Assembly (NCBI GenBank): GCA_963769025.1 | Contig: CAVYKI010000012.1 | Location: 320,001-384,000 of the forward strand | DNA: 64,000 bases | Direction: 5' to 3' | From: an uncultured Verrucomicrobiae bacterium | GTDB lineage: Bacteria; Verrucomicrobiota; Verrucomicrobiia; Chthoniobacterales; Chthoniobacteraceae | Position numbers and translations under genes: made by a program | Notes under the pieces: generated by a model | Database searches by the model: none | Seen by the model: the letters and a program-made list of their open reading frames with translations, nothing else | What the model was told of the DNA's origin: nothing | Shown here: positions 14,001-26,000 of the stretch, piece by piece | How the letters are laid out: every line of letters begins with the position of its first letter | Numbering within the stretch: the stretch's first letter is position 1

Positions 14001-17000
14001 ACCCCCGCGGTACTGCCCAACCCGTCGCCGCGGATGAGCAGCGAGGTTGCAACGCCCTGGCCAGCGAAGGCCTGAAGCTGGACGTTCACGCCGCCCGTAC
14101 CGGCGGCGTTCAAGGTGACGATGCCGCCGCCGGTGAGGCCCATGGTGCCGAGGGCTTCGGTGACCGGCGTGCCGCTCGTGCCATTGATCGTCAGGTTGCC
14201 GCCCTGCATGTTGAGCGCGCGGATGGTCGGGGCCAAGGTGTTGGAGGTCGTGAAGAACGCTCCGCCGAGGCGGTTGTTCGTCGCGGTGGTGGCGTTGTCG
14301 AGCACGAGGTTGCCACCTGTGGGGAGCGTGTAAGTCTGGAAGCTGATGGCACCGCCGCCGGTGGCCGTGCCCAGGTTCACGATGCCGCTGGAGACGTTGA
14401 GTGTGCCGTTCGCGGTCGTCTGGGTGTTGTTGGTCAGGCTCCAGGTGCCGGTGCCGATCTTGGTGACGTTCAAGAGGCCGGTCGGGTAGGGGCTGGCGAA
14501 CGTGCCGGCGTAGGTGGTGGAGCTGTTGTCCAGGCCGGTGGTCAGGTTGCCCGCCGTGCCCTGCACGCCGTTCATGATGACCGCGGACGTGAGGCTGGAA
14601 GCGACCGAGCCGACCACCAGACCGCCGTAACCGGTGCCGGCATTGTTGCCGCGGGTATCGATGGTCGTATTGGCCGACATCACCACCGCGCTGCCCAGGA
14701 CGTTCGAGGCCGATCCAGTGCCGGTGCTCCAAGCGAGGCCGCCCGCGGTCAGGTTGAAGGTCGTGCCGACCAGATTCTGGCTCTGGCCGCCGAAGCCGAT
14801 GTAGCCGAGTCCGGTCTTGGTGAACGACGTGGCTGTCGCGAGGGCGATGTTGGCGTTGATGTTCAAGCCGATGTTGGCCGGGCTATATGTGGGGGCATCC
14901 ACATTGATGGTGGGCGTTGCATTGCCCAGGACGATGAACCCGTTGATGGTGGGAACCGTGAAGGTGGACGCCAGGTTGGTCGAATTGATGGTGCCATTGA
15001 TGGTCAGCGCACCGGCTCCGGTGAAGACCGTCGGGCCGTTTCCGCTGTTGCTGCCGCCATCATTGTTGAAGGTCAGGTTGTTGATCGTCTGCGTATTCGA
15101 CACCGTGAAGGCGTTCGGGCCCGGCGCTGAGCGTGCCTGAGCCCAGATTGAGCTGGGTGGCACCGTTCATGGTGATGTTCGCCGTCGGGGCAATTTGGTT
15201 GGCGAGCGACCAGTTGACCGTGGTCGAGTTGAACCCCAGCGAGTCCGCGCCGGCGCTGGTGCCGCCGGAGACGATGAGGTCGTTCGGGATCGCAGGCCCG
15301 AGCAGGCTGTTCAGGTTCAGCGGAGCACTGTTGAGATAGGTCGTGCCGCCGTAGGTGTTGGCGTTGGTCAGGATGATCGTTCCGCCCGCGGCGCCAGGGC
15401 CGGAAATGATGACGTTGTTGTTGGCACCGTTATCAATGATCTTGGAGTTGATCGTATTGTTGTTGGCACCGGCGTAGATGAAGAGGTCGTTGTTCGTCGC
15501 GCTGCCACCGTTGGAGATCGAGCCCGAGACAATCTGACCTGGGGTGGCGACCGAGCCGATCGCCTTGCCGTTGTTGTCGTTGCCGAAGAGGATGCCGCCG
15601 GACTGGACGAGAAGGGTATCGAAGGCGTTCGTGAAGCTCAACGTCGTGCCGTTATAGACGCTCAACGAATTGACGGTGGTGGTGGTCGCCACGTTCAGCG
15701 GGCCAGGGATCGTCGTGTTGGCCGATGTCATCGCGTTCACCCCTGCGCCGTAGGTGGCTGTGGGCTGGTATTGGAGGATGCGGACGCCCGCAGCCGGGTC
15801 ATACGTGGCGAAGCCGATGTTGGTGGCGGCGTTGCTGCTGGTCAGGCTGTTGACCGTGGCCCAGCCGCCGATGATGCCATTGGTGTTCGTGAGGCCGGTG
15901 ATGAAGTAGTCCGGGTCCGAGCCGGCGGTGTACGTGCCGGTGCCGAAGGTCAGCGTGCCGCCAGTGGCACGGGTGCCGAGGCCGCTGAAGGTGACCGATG
16001 CGGCAGAGCCCTGGCCGACATTCGAGACGTTGATATTGCTTGCGCCGGTTCCCAGGTTCAAGGTGCCGAGGCTGATGGCAGACGTCGGGTTCGAGCCGCT
16101 GCCGGCACGGGTGAGGAACTGGAGGCCGCCACCGGTGAGGGTGATTGGGGCCGTGGAGGAGAGACGGTTCGACACCGCCTGCACGCCCTGATCGTTCCAG
16201 ATGAGGGCCGCACGGGTGACGTTCACGGCGGTGGCGTTCTGGAACGTGCCCAGATCGACGAGGGTGGTGGCACCGCCCAGGATCGTCGCCGATCCGCTGA
16301 AGGTGTTCGGCGAGTTGACGGTCAGGGTGTTGTTGCCGTCGCGGACGAAGCTCAGCGCACCGCCGCTGGCCGCGCCGGTCAGGCCGATGGTGTTGCCGGT
16401 GATCGTGCCGATGGTCTGGCCGTTCGAGATATTCCCGGCCCAGGTCTGGTTTCCGTTCAGGGCCACATTCAGCGTGGCGGCCGTGGTGGCGCTGCTGTTT
16501 ATGATCGTGCCGCCCATGAGCTGGGTGCCGCTGCCGCTGCGGAGGTTGGCCACGGACTGCGTGGTGCCGTTCAGGTCGAGCGCGCCGCCGAAGTTCACCG
16601 TCAGGTTCTGGGCAGACACGGCTGCGCCGGAGTTACCGGGGGTGGGGGCGGTGTTGAAGGGCCGGAAGATGGTGTTCTGGCCACCCCCAAGTTTCAGCGT
16701 GCCGCCGTTGATGGTCGTATCACCCGTGTACACCTCCGCCGTGCCGAGGAGGAGCGTGCCGGCATCAGCCTTGGTCAGGCCGCTGCCGTTGCTGAAGATC
16801 GGGGCATTGACCGTCAGCGTCGTGCCTGCGCCGACGGTGTGGAAGATCATTTCGCGGTTCAGCGTGTTGCTGCCGGTGAGATACTGGTAACTGCCGCCGC
16901 TGTTGATTGTCGCGCTATTCAGGGCGAGCACGGCACCGCTGTCGAGTTGCAGGCCGGTCGCGATCGTGGTGACGTTGCTGGCGTTGTTCAGCGTCAGCGA

Positions 17001-20000
17001 GTTGATCAGCTGGGCCGCGCTGGCGATGCCAAAGCTGTTCGTCGCGCTGGTGGAGGAGATGTTCGCGTAGCCGGCAAGGCCAAAGACGAGGTTGCCCGCC
17101 ACAGCGGCCGCCGTATTACTGAGCACGATGGTCGTGCCATTGGTGATGCTCGCAATGGTCGTTCCGTTCGTCGGGATGGCCCCCGAAGAGACGCCTGCGG
17201 CAGTCACGCCCATGACGACTTGGCCGGCATACAGATTCGCGGTACTTGGAACGGTGATCGTCGTGGACGCTGCGGGAGTGACGGCTGCGAAAGTGGTCGT
17301 CGGGTTCGCGTAAACAATGGCCTGCGTGGTTGCCGTGACTCCGCCGTGGCGTTGGCGCTGATGGTGAACGTCGTGCCGCTGGCGATCGCGGTGATCACCG
17401 CGTTGGCCGGGATGCCGGTGCCGGTGATCAGCTGCCCGACGGACAGACTGGCCGTGCTGCCGACGGTGACCGTGGCGTTGGCGTTGGTGGTGTTGACGTT
17501 GAGCGCCGTGAGCGCCGGAGCCGCCGCGAGGGCGTTGTTCGCGTTGTTGGCGATCGACGAGACGCCGTAGATGTTGGACTGCAAGGCGCCGGTGTTGCCG
17601 CCGATGCCGCCGGTCCCGACGACGCCGTTGTAGCCGTTGTATCCCGCGAAGCCCGTGCCGCTGCCGCTGGCCGAGATGTCAGCCAGGGCCCACTGGTAGA
17701 TGAGGGCGTTCGGCGCGTTCCAGACGCCGGCCTGGCCGACCGCCTGCAGATTGTTGCCGCTGAGGCCCAGACTCGTGGCATTGCCGATGATGTTCGCCGA
17801 GTTGGCGCTGCCAGCGGTGAGCGTCCCGAGGCTGTCGCCGCGGAACAGCGCAGTGCTGGCCGCGCCACGGTTGAAGATCGAGGTGGAGGTGGACTGCGTG
17901 CCCGTGGTGATGCCCCCGGTACCGGCAGAGTTAAGTGTGATGGTGGCTCCGCCGATGCCGTTGGCCTGACCGATGTTGATGTTGCTGGCGCCACCGGTGA
18001 CGTTTTCCGTCACCGCGGTGTTGCCGTTTGCCAGGAGATTTCCGTTGATGACCAGGGTGCCCGTCAGGAAGGTGCCCGCCGGGGTGACCCAGCGGCTGTT
18101 CACCGCTGTGACGGAATTGTCCAGCGTGACCGTCGCCCCCTGGCGAATGATGGGAGCCGCGGTAAACGTTTCCTTCGCAGCGCCACTCAGGGTCACGCTG
18201 CCCGCCTGCACGTCGATGGTGGTGACCGCCGACGTGGCGTTGGTCAGCGTCAGGTTGTTGCCGCCGACCTTCGTGATCTGGAAGGCACCGGCGAACGTAC
18301 CGCTGAGGGTGATGCCGCCGTTGACGCCGGGTTGCAGGCTCGGGCCGCCGATTTGGGTCGTCGCGGCGAGGGTGATGTTGCCGGGATAGGTGGCTGGGGA
18401 GGCGCTGGTGTTGGTCAGGGCACCCAGGAGGTTCGCTCCGCCCTGGACGTTCACCAGACCGGCACCATTCAGCGTCAGGGGCTTGGCTGTCGTGACGGTC
18501 TGGCCGTTCAGATCCACCGAGGTGCCGACGGATCCCACCACAGCGTTCGTCACGCTGCTGGTGAAGCCATTGGGTCCGGTGAGCTGCACCATTCCGGAGG
18601 TGATGTTCAGGACACCAGTGAAGGTGTTTGTGTTACTGAGGATAAGGGTGTTCGGCCCCACCTTGTTCAACGGCGAGCCGGCGACCGAGTCCTGAATCGT
18701 GCCAAGGACACTGATGTTGCCGAAGCCACCGATGGAGGCGTTGACCGTGGCGGTTGCCGCACCGATGGAAAGTGTTCCGCCGACCGGGAGGCTGGCGGTG
18801 GTGGCACTGCTGTTGTAGAGGCCGGCAGGGGCATTGCTGCTCTTGGCAGCGGGGCCTGCGCCACCGTTGAGGATGATATTGCCGGTCGTGGACACCGTCT
18901 GGCCATTGAGGTCGAGGGTCACCGGGGTGGTGGTCGCCACGCCGATGGTAGTCGTGCCGGTGGTCAGGCCCGCGCCGTCCTGAAGCTGGACGAAGCCGGC
19001 GTTGATGTTCAGCGGGCCGGTGAAGGTCCCGGCGCTGGCACCGAGGATGACGTTGCCCACACCGGTCTTGGTGAGGCCGAACCCACTGTCCGTGACGCCT
19101 CCTGCGAGGACGAACGTGCCGGTGGTCGGGCTGACCGTCGCGCCTGCGGCGGTGATGGTCGTGGTCCCGGTGACGATGAAGGCGCCGTTGCCGGCCGAGC
19201 CCGCTGCGAGACCGGTGCCGTTGGCGACGGTGAGGATCGAGTTGTTGCCAAGGCTCAGGCTCGGGACGGCATAGTTGAAGTCCGTGCCCAGACCATCAAT
19301 CGTGGATGCGCCCGAGGCCGCGATGACGATCGGGTTGTTGAGGATGGCGGCATTCTGGTAGCCGTTCGCCGCGGTGTAGCTGGTCGAGTAGGCCAGATTG
19401 CTCAGCGCGATTGCCTGAAGCGAGCTGACCGGAGGCGTGCCGCTGAGGGTATTGGAAGCGGTATCCGGGCCGCTGTAGAGGATGAAGGCACCACCGCCGC
19501 CGCCTGCGTTGAAGACACGCTGAGTGATCTGGTGGGTACCCGCAGTGAGATTCACCGCCTGGAGGCCGGCCTGGCCGCTGATGCCTGTGGATTGCACCGT
19601 CTGCCCGTCAATGACGAGCTGATAGAAGTCATCATTTGCCTGGCCGAAGAAGTAGGTGCCGCCGGTGGTGACCGTCAGCAAGCCTTGGTACGTTGCGAGA
19701 GTATTGGTCAGGCCGCCGGTGTTGACGCCGGCGGGGGCATTCACAAAGAGACGGTCGGTGATATCGGCGCCTGCGAGAGTGCTGCCGGGGGCGACGCCGA
19801 AGTTGGCGGCGGCGAAAAGGGTGGTAGCCGCCGGTGTTGTAGTATTTCGCCGTCACACCGCCGAGGTGTATCCGGTGGTGTTCACGGAGCTGGAGTCGAG
19901 CGGCGAGATCTGCAGGGTGCCGCCGTCGTTGATCGTGATGGTGCCGGTGCCGAGCGGGGTCGTGCTCTGTGCCGCCGACGGAGACACGGACACTGTGCCG

Positions 20001-23000
20001 GTGATAGGCGAAGCGGCCACTGCGCCAGTGTTCGAGCCGCTGTAGAACAGGGTGCCGGGACCGATGTTCACGGGCAGGTTCGTGCCGACGGTGAAGCCGC
20101 CGGGCAGGATGAGTCCGACGCCGCTGCCGACGTTGAAGGTCGGGCTGCTGGTCGCGGACGTCAGGGTGGTGCCGGTGAACCGGAGCTTGTAGCTGTTGCC
20201 GCCGGTGACGTTAAGGCTGGTGCCCGGTGCCGGGTTGCCCGCGGTGGTGCTGGTGAAGGTCGTGCCGGCCACGGTGCCGTAGTCCAGCGTGCCCATGACG
20301 ATCGTGTTCGCGGTGTTGGCACCGGCGTTGTTGACGTTGATGTACGCATTGGCCAGCGCGGTGCTGATCTGCACATCGTTGCCGTAAGTGATGGGGCCGT
20401 TGCTGGTCACGACCGCTGTGCAGCAGGGAGAGCACGCCGCCATTGATGACGACCGGGCCGGTGCCGAGCGAAGATTTGCCCGCGTTCACGCCGGTGGCGA
20501 GCAAGGTGCCGGCGTTGAGCACGACACCACCGGTGAAGGTGCTCGCTCCGCCAATTTGGTTGGTCAAATTGAGGGTGCCGAGGCCGGTCTTCGTGATGCT
20601 CGTGCCAGCGCCGGTGATGAGGCCGTTGACGTCGCCGTCATGTTCGGCGCGTTGACGTTGAGCGTCGCGCTCGCGCCGACCGGCAGAGCGAACGTCGACC
20701 GGGCGGAGCCGATGGTCGAGGCTGACCGCGGCGGTGCCGGTGGCGTCGAAGTTGACGTTGCTGCCGGCGATGACGTTGTTGGTCGACCGGAGATTGGGCC
20801 CGTGCTGTAGAGCGTGCTGCCGCTCCCCATGCTGAGCGTGCCGGTGCCGAGCGGGCCCGCGTGATCGGGGAGCCGATGGTGTCGTTCGTGCTGTTGGCGG
20901 CGATGGTGAGATTCGTGCCGCTCGGCGAGGTTGATGCCGCCGGTGAAGGTGCTCTGGCCGGACAGCTGCAGGTTGCCGCCGCCCGCCACATTGATCGCGT
21001 TGCTGGCGTTGGTGAGGACGGAGGTGATGATCAGCGTCGGCTGCAACGGCGCGACGTTCTGGCCGTTGAAGGTGATCGGGTTGACGGTGATCGACGGCGA
21101 AGCGACGTCGTTCAGGTTCACCGTGCCGCCGGTCAGCGACGCGTTCGTCGATGGGTTGCTCGACGAGGCGGTGATCGAGCCGCTGGTGAGCGTGAGGATG
21201 CCGGTGTTGGATCGTCGGCGCGGTGGTGCCGCCGTTGTTGTTGTAGGTGAGGCTGGTGAGGGTGTTGTTCACCAGGAAATTCATCGTGTTCACGCCCTGA
21301 AGGACGCCCGCGCCGGAGTTGATGGTCACCTGGTTTGTCGCCGGGTTCACCGCGGTCACGTATTGCGCTTCCAGGGATGCCAGTGCCGGTCACGAGCTGT
21401 CCGACGGCGATGCCGTTCGTGCTGGTGACCGTGATGACGTTCGAGCCGAAGGCGTGGTGACCGAACTGGCATAGGCGAGGCTGGAACTTGTGTTCAGCGC
21501 GCCGTTGCCGGCGATGGTCGCGGATTGCGCGGAGGCGGTCCCATAATAGCCGCCGGCCGGCGAGTAGATGACGGAGCCAGCGGTCTGCGTGAGCGTGCCG
21601 CCATGCAGGAAAATGCCGCCCGTGCCGAGGGTGCTCTGGCCAACGGTGACGTTGCCGGCGTTGCCGAGCGTCACCGTGCCCTGATCGACGTACGTGCCGC
21701 CGGTGTAGGTGTTCGTGCCGTTCAGCGTGTAGGCGCCCGAGCCGCTCTTCACCACTGCCATCCCGTAACTGGTGATGGTGCTGTTGATGATGCTGGTGGC
21801 GCTGCCGGTCAGGAAGAGTTCCACCCCTCCCGAGGTCAGCGCGCCGTTGTTGGTGGAACTGCCGAGGGTCAGGGCGCCGGTGGTCAGCAAGCCGCCGCTG
21901 GCGAGCGTGAGGGCATTGGTGCTGGTGACGGTGCCGCTGGTGCCGAAGCCGATGGCGGTGGTGGCGGTGATGCGCAGGGAGTTGATCGTCTGGCCCAGGC
22001 TGTTCTGGGCCGTGTTCATGAGGTTCACTCCGGTGCCCCCGCCCATCGACACGTTGTCGGTCGCGACCGCGTTGTTGATCAGCAGCGGCGAATAGCCCGC
22101 AAAGCCGGTCGCGCTCAGCGCCCCGACCCCGTAGGTCGCGTTATAGCTGGCGAAGTCGGTGGCGTTCACGGTGTAGGCCCCGCCGAGCAGGCTGTTGTTC
22201 AACGTCGGCGCCAGTGTGAAGAAGATGTTCGGGTTGCTGCCGATCTGGCCCAGCGTGCCGCCGGTGTTCGTGAAGTTCACCGTCGAGCCCGCCGCCCGGG
22301 TGATGCCGCTGCCGGTGAGCGTTAGCTCCGCCTCGCTCAAGCCGGTGGTCTGCTGCGTCAGGCTGATGGTGTTGGCACCTTCCGTGGTGCTGATCTGGCC
22401 AAGCCGTTTCCGCCGAGATGTACTGGGTCCGGCCGAGGTAGGTGATCGTGCCGCCGCCGAGGGAGATCCCCAGGCTGGACGGCAGCCGGGTGGAGGAGTC
22501 CATCGAGCCCGTGTTGTCCAGGGTCAGGTTTGCGCGGTTGATGGTCAGGCTGCTGGAGCCCGTGGTGCTGGCGCTGTAGAGCGCGCCGCTGCCGACCAGC
22601 GTGAGGCTCATGCCGTTGACCAAGGTGGGGCCCGTGTAGGTCTGCGCCTGCGTGAAAACCTTCGTTGATGCCGCGGTCGAGGAGAGAACGACACCTTGGG
22701 TTCCGGCGATCACGCCGGTAAAGTTGCGGCTGGGCCCATCTCCCTTGAGCACCACCGACCCGCTGCCGTTCACCGTCGAGCTTCTGCCGAAAATGCCCAC
22801 ACCACCCGCGGCAGCGCTGTCCGAGAAAAGGTCGGTGAAAATCTGGGAGTTGCCGTTCAGGTTGAGGGTGGTCCCGGCACCCATCGTCATGTAGTTGGCG
22901 AACCGGATCGTGTTGTTGCCGGCATTGAGACCAGCGTGCCGGCGTTGAGAACGGTCTGGCCGTTATAAAACGCGGTGCCCGTCAACGTGAGGGTTCCGGC

Positions 23001-26000
23001 GTCCGCCTTGGTGAGACCCGCACCGGCGCCCCCCGCGCCACCGACGATGTTGCTGCTGATCGTGAGGTTGGCCACCGCGTGGATGATCAATTCATTGCCG
23101 CCGCCGGTGATTTGGCCGCCGGAAATCAAGTTGCTGACGGTATCCAGGAGAGGATGGCTTCGCCGAGGGCATTATTGGCAATCGTGAGGACGGTGTTCGA
23201 GTTCGGCTGCGTCAGGCTGGCACCGGCGCCCGCTTGGGTGCCGAGGGTCAGCGAGTTGATCGTCTGCGTGAGCGTGCCGGCCTGGCCGGTGGTGCCACCG
23301 AGACCGGTGTTGGCAGCCGAAGCCAGGGCGACGTTTACGCCAGTACTGCCGAAGGTGAGGAGCGAGGCGGCGGGAACGGTGGCAACGGCACTCAGGGTAA
23401 GGGTGCTGCCGGCGATGGCGGTGATGTACGTATTGGCCGCGATGCCGGCGCCGGTGATGGATTCACCGACATACAGGGATGCCGAGAGGTTGTTCGTGGT
23501 GGTCAGCGTAGTGGACGCGACGGTCGCAGTGCCGGAGAGCGTGTTGGCGGCACTGGCCGCGTTGGCATTCACGTAGTTGGCAAAGGCACTGTTCGTTTCA
23601 CTGGCCGCCAGATTGCGCAGGTAACCGCTGGCGCCGATGACAGTGGAGGTCGCGAGGGAGACCGTGCCGTTGTTGCTGACGATCGCCCAAGGCAGGATCC
23701 CGAGGTTCGCCGTGCCGGTCTGCACGGTGCCCGCGCCGACGAAATTCGCCGCCGTGGTGATCGGGCCGGTATTGATGGAGGCCGAGGCCGTGCCGGTGCC
23801 ACGGTGCCCGAAATCAGCGCCGCACCGACGCTGTTGAAACTGGCTGTCGAGAACGCGCTGCGCGTCCACCCGCCGCCGGTGCCGGTGAGAATCAGATTGG
23901 CAGGACCGCCGGTGGTGGGAGTGAGGTTGGGCGTGACGTTGAACGTCGTCTGGCCGCGACCGAGGGTCAATCCCGCCAGGGTTTCCGACGACGTTGCAGC
24001 GGCGTTGCCGATGAGATTCAGGGTGCCGCTGCCCGAGGTGAGGAAGGTGTGCGGTGCGACGCCCAGACCGCTGGTGGAAATATGCCGGTTTGGTCGGTGC
24101 CAGCATTGTCCAGGGTCACGGTGCCGCCGGTGAGGGTCCCGGAGCCGGTGGCGAGATCCCCGGAGCGGAGTTGGTCAGCACCTTGCCGCCAGTGCCGGAT
24201 GTCGCACCGCCGGTATTCAGCGTTCCATCAGAAGCGCCGATGTTCAGACGGCAGGCCGGCGGGCAAGGTCGTCGTCCCGGCCGTCGTTGTGAAGTTCAAG
24301 GTTCCGCCGTTCAAGGTGGTGACGCCAACGCCCGCGTTGTTAATCTGCGAAGCGGTGCCGGCCGAGGCGCTGATGATAATGGAGCCGCCCGCCTCGTGCC
24401 GCCGGTCCATGCGCCGATGCCGTTCAGGGTGAGCGAGCCGGTGCCGCCCACGACCGTGAGCTTGCCGGTGCCATTGGTCGTGCCCGTGAAGGTCAGGTTC
24501 GTGCCGGGGGCGACGTTGACGTTGGTATTGCTGCTGAGAGAATGCCGTTGTCGCGCTGATCGTGTTGTTCAGCGTCGCGTTATTGATGGCCGCCGCGGAC
24601 GCCCCCGTTGTTCATGTAGATCGTGCTTCCGGCGGTGCCGGTGGCGATCACGTAGCCGCTGGTGACGGGGTTCAGCGTCAGCGTGCCGACGTGTTGAAGA
24701 CCGTCCACGGTGACGGTTTGAATCGCCCCGTTCGTCGTGGCGAACGTGGCGTTGTCCCCGGCGAGTTGGGGCACCACACCGCCGGTCCAGTTGCCCGGCG
24801 TATTCCAGCTATTGGGGCCGGCCGAGGTCGGAATCCAACCCGCCGTAATGCCCGCATAGCTGCCGCTGATGGTGAGGGTGACGAAGCCGCCACCCGTGCC
24901 CAGGGCGTAGGTGATGCCCGTGGGCGCTGCGGACGTGACCAGGCCGCCGGCCCCGAGGGTCGGGGCGGCACCGCCGTCCTGGATGAGATTGTACGTGCCG
25001 GCGACGGTCGAGAACTGGCCGAAGGAGAGCGGGGTGACGACCGTGCCCGCGCCGAAGGAGTAGGTGCCGCCGAGAAGGTTGCCGACGGTGAGTTGATCGG
25101 CGCTGTTGCCGGTGGCGGTGTCGAACTGAAGGATGCCACCGCTCGCGGTCGTGAGGTTATTGATGGTCAGCGGCCCGGTCCCGATGATGCCGACGCCGCC
25201 GGGATTGATGATGCCGCCCGAATTGAGGCCCACGTTCCAGAACGAGCCGCCCGCGGGCGCGCTGCTCAGTATGCCGCCGGCGTTCAGCGCGATCGTGCCG
25301 CCGCTGAAATTGGTGATGCCCGTCGTCGTCGCGGCAAGGCCCGATGCCAGCGTGCCGCCGCCGGAGACGGTCGTGGTGCCGCTCAAGGCCCCCGACGCAC
25401 TGATGATCGTGACGTTCGTGCCGGTGATGTTCGCGCCGCGGGTGTAGCTCTGGGCCGCGCTGATATTCGTGACACCGCCGGAAAGGTTCAGGGTGAGGGG
25501 TCCCGAGAGGGCGTTGGCGGCTGTCGCGGCAACCATGCCGCCCGTCTGGGGCAGGCTTGCGGGACCGCCTGCGACGAGCGAGGGGAGCGCGCCTGCGGCC
25601 GAGAGGACGAGGTTGCCGTTGCCGAAGATCAGGGTGGTGGTGGCCGAAGGAACGCCGGTTCCGCTGGTGATGGTGATCGTATTGCCGTTGATGGCCGTGA
25701 TGAACTGACCGCTGGCGGGCATGCCAGGGCCGCTGACCGATTGCCCGACAATAAGGCCTGTCGCGTTGGCGACCGTCAAAATGTTCGATCCTGCCACGGT
25801 CGTGCCGATGGTGGAGACGTTCGTTCCGGCCACGCTCGTGCCGCCGGTGTAGTTGTTCGCGACGCTGAGCGTGGCGGTGCCGGCGCTGATGGTCAGCGAG
25901 TTCGTGCCAGTGAGGGAGTTGGCCGTGTTTTGAGTCAAACCCGCGAGGGTGCCCGTCAGCGAGATTGGGCCCGTGCCCGCGGCGCCCACGGCATTGAACG

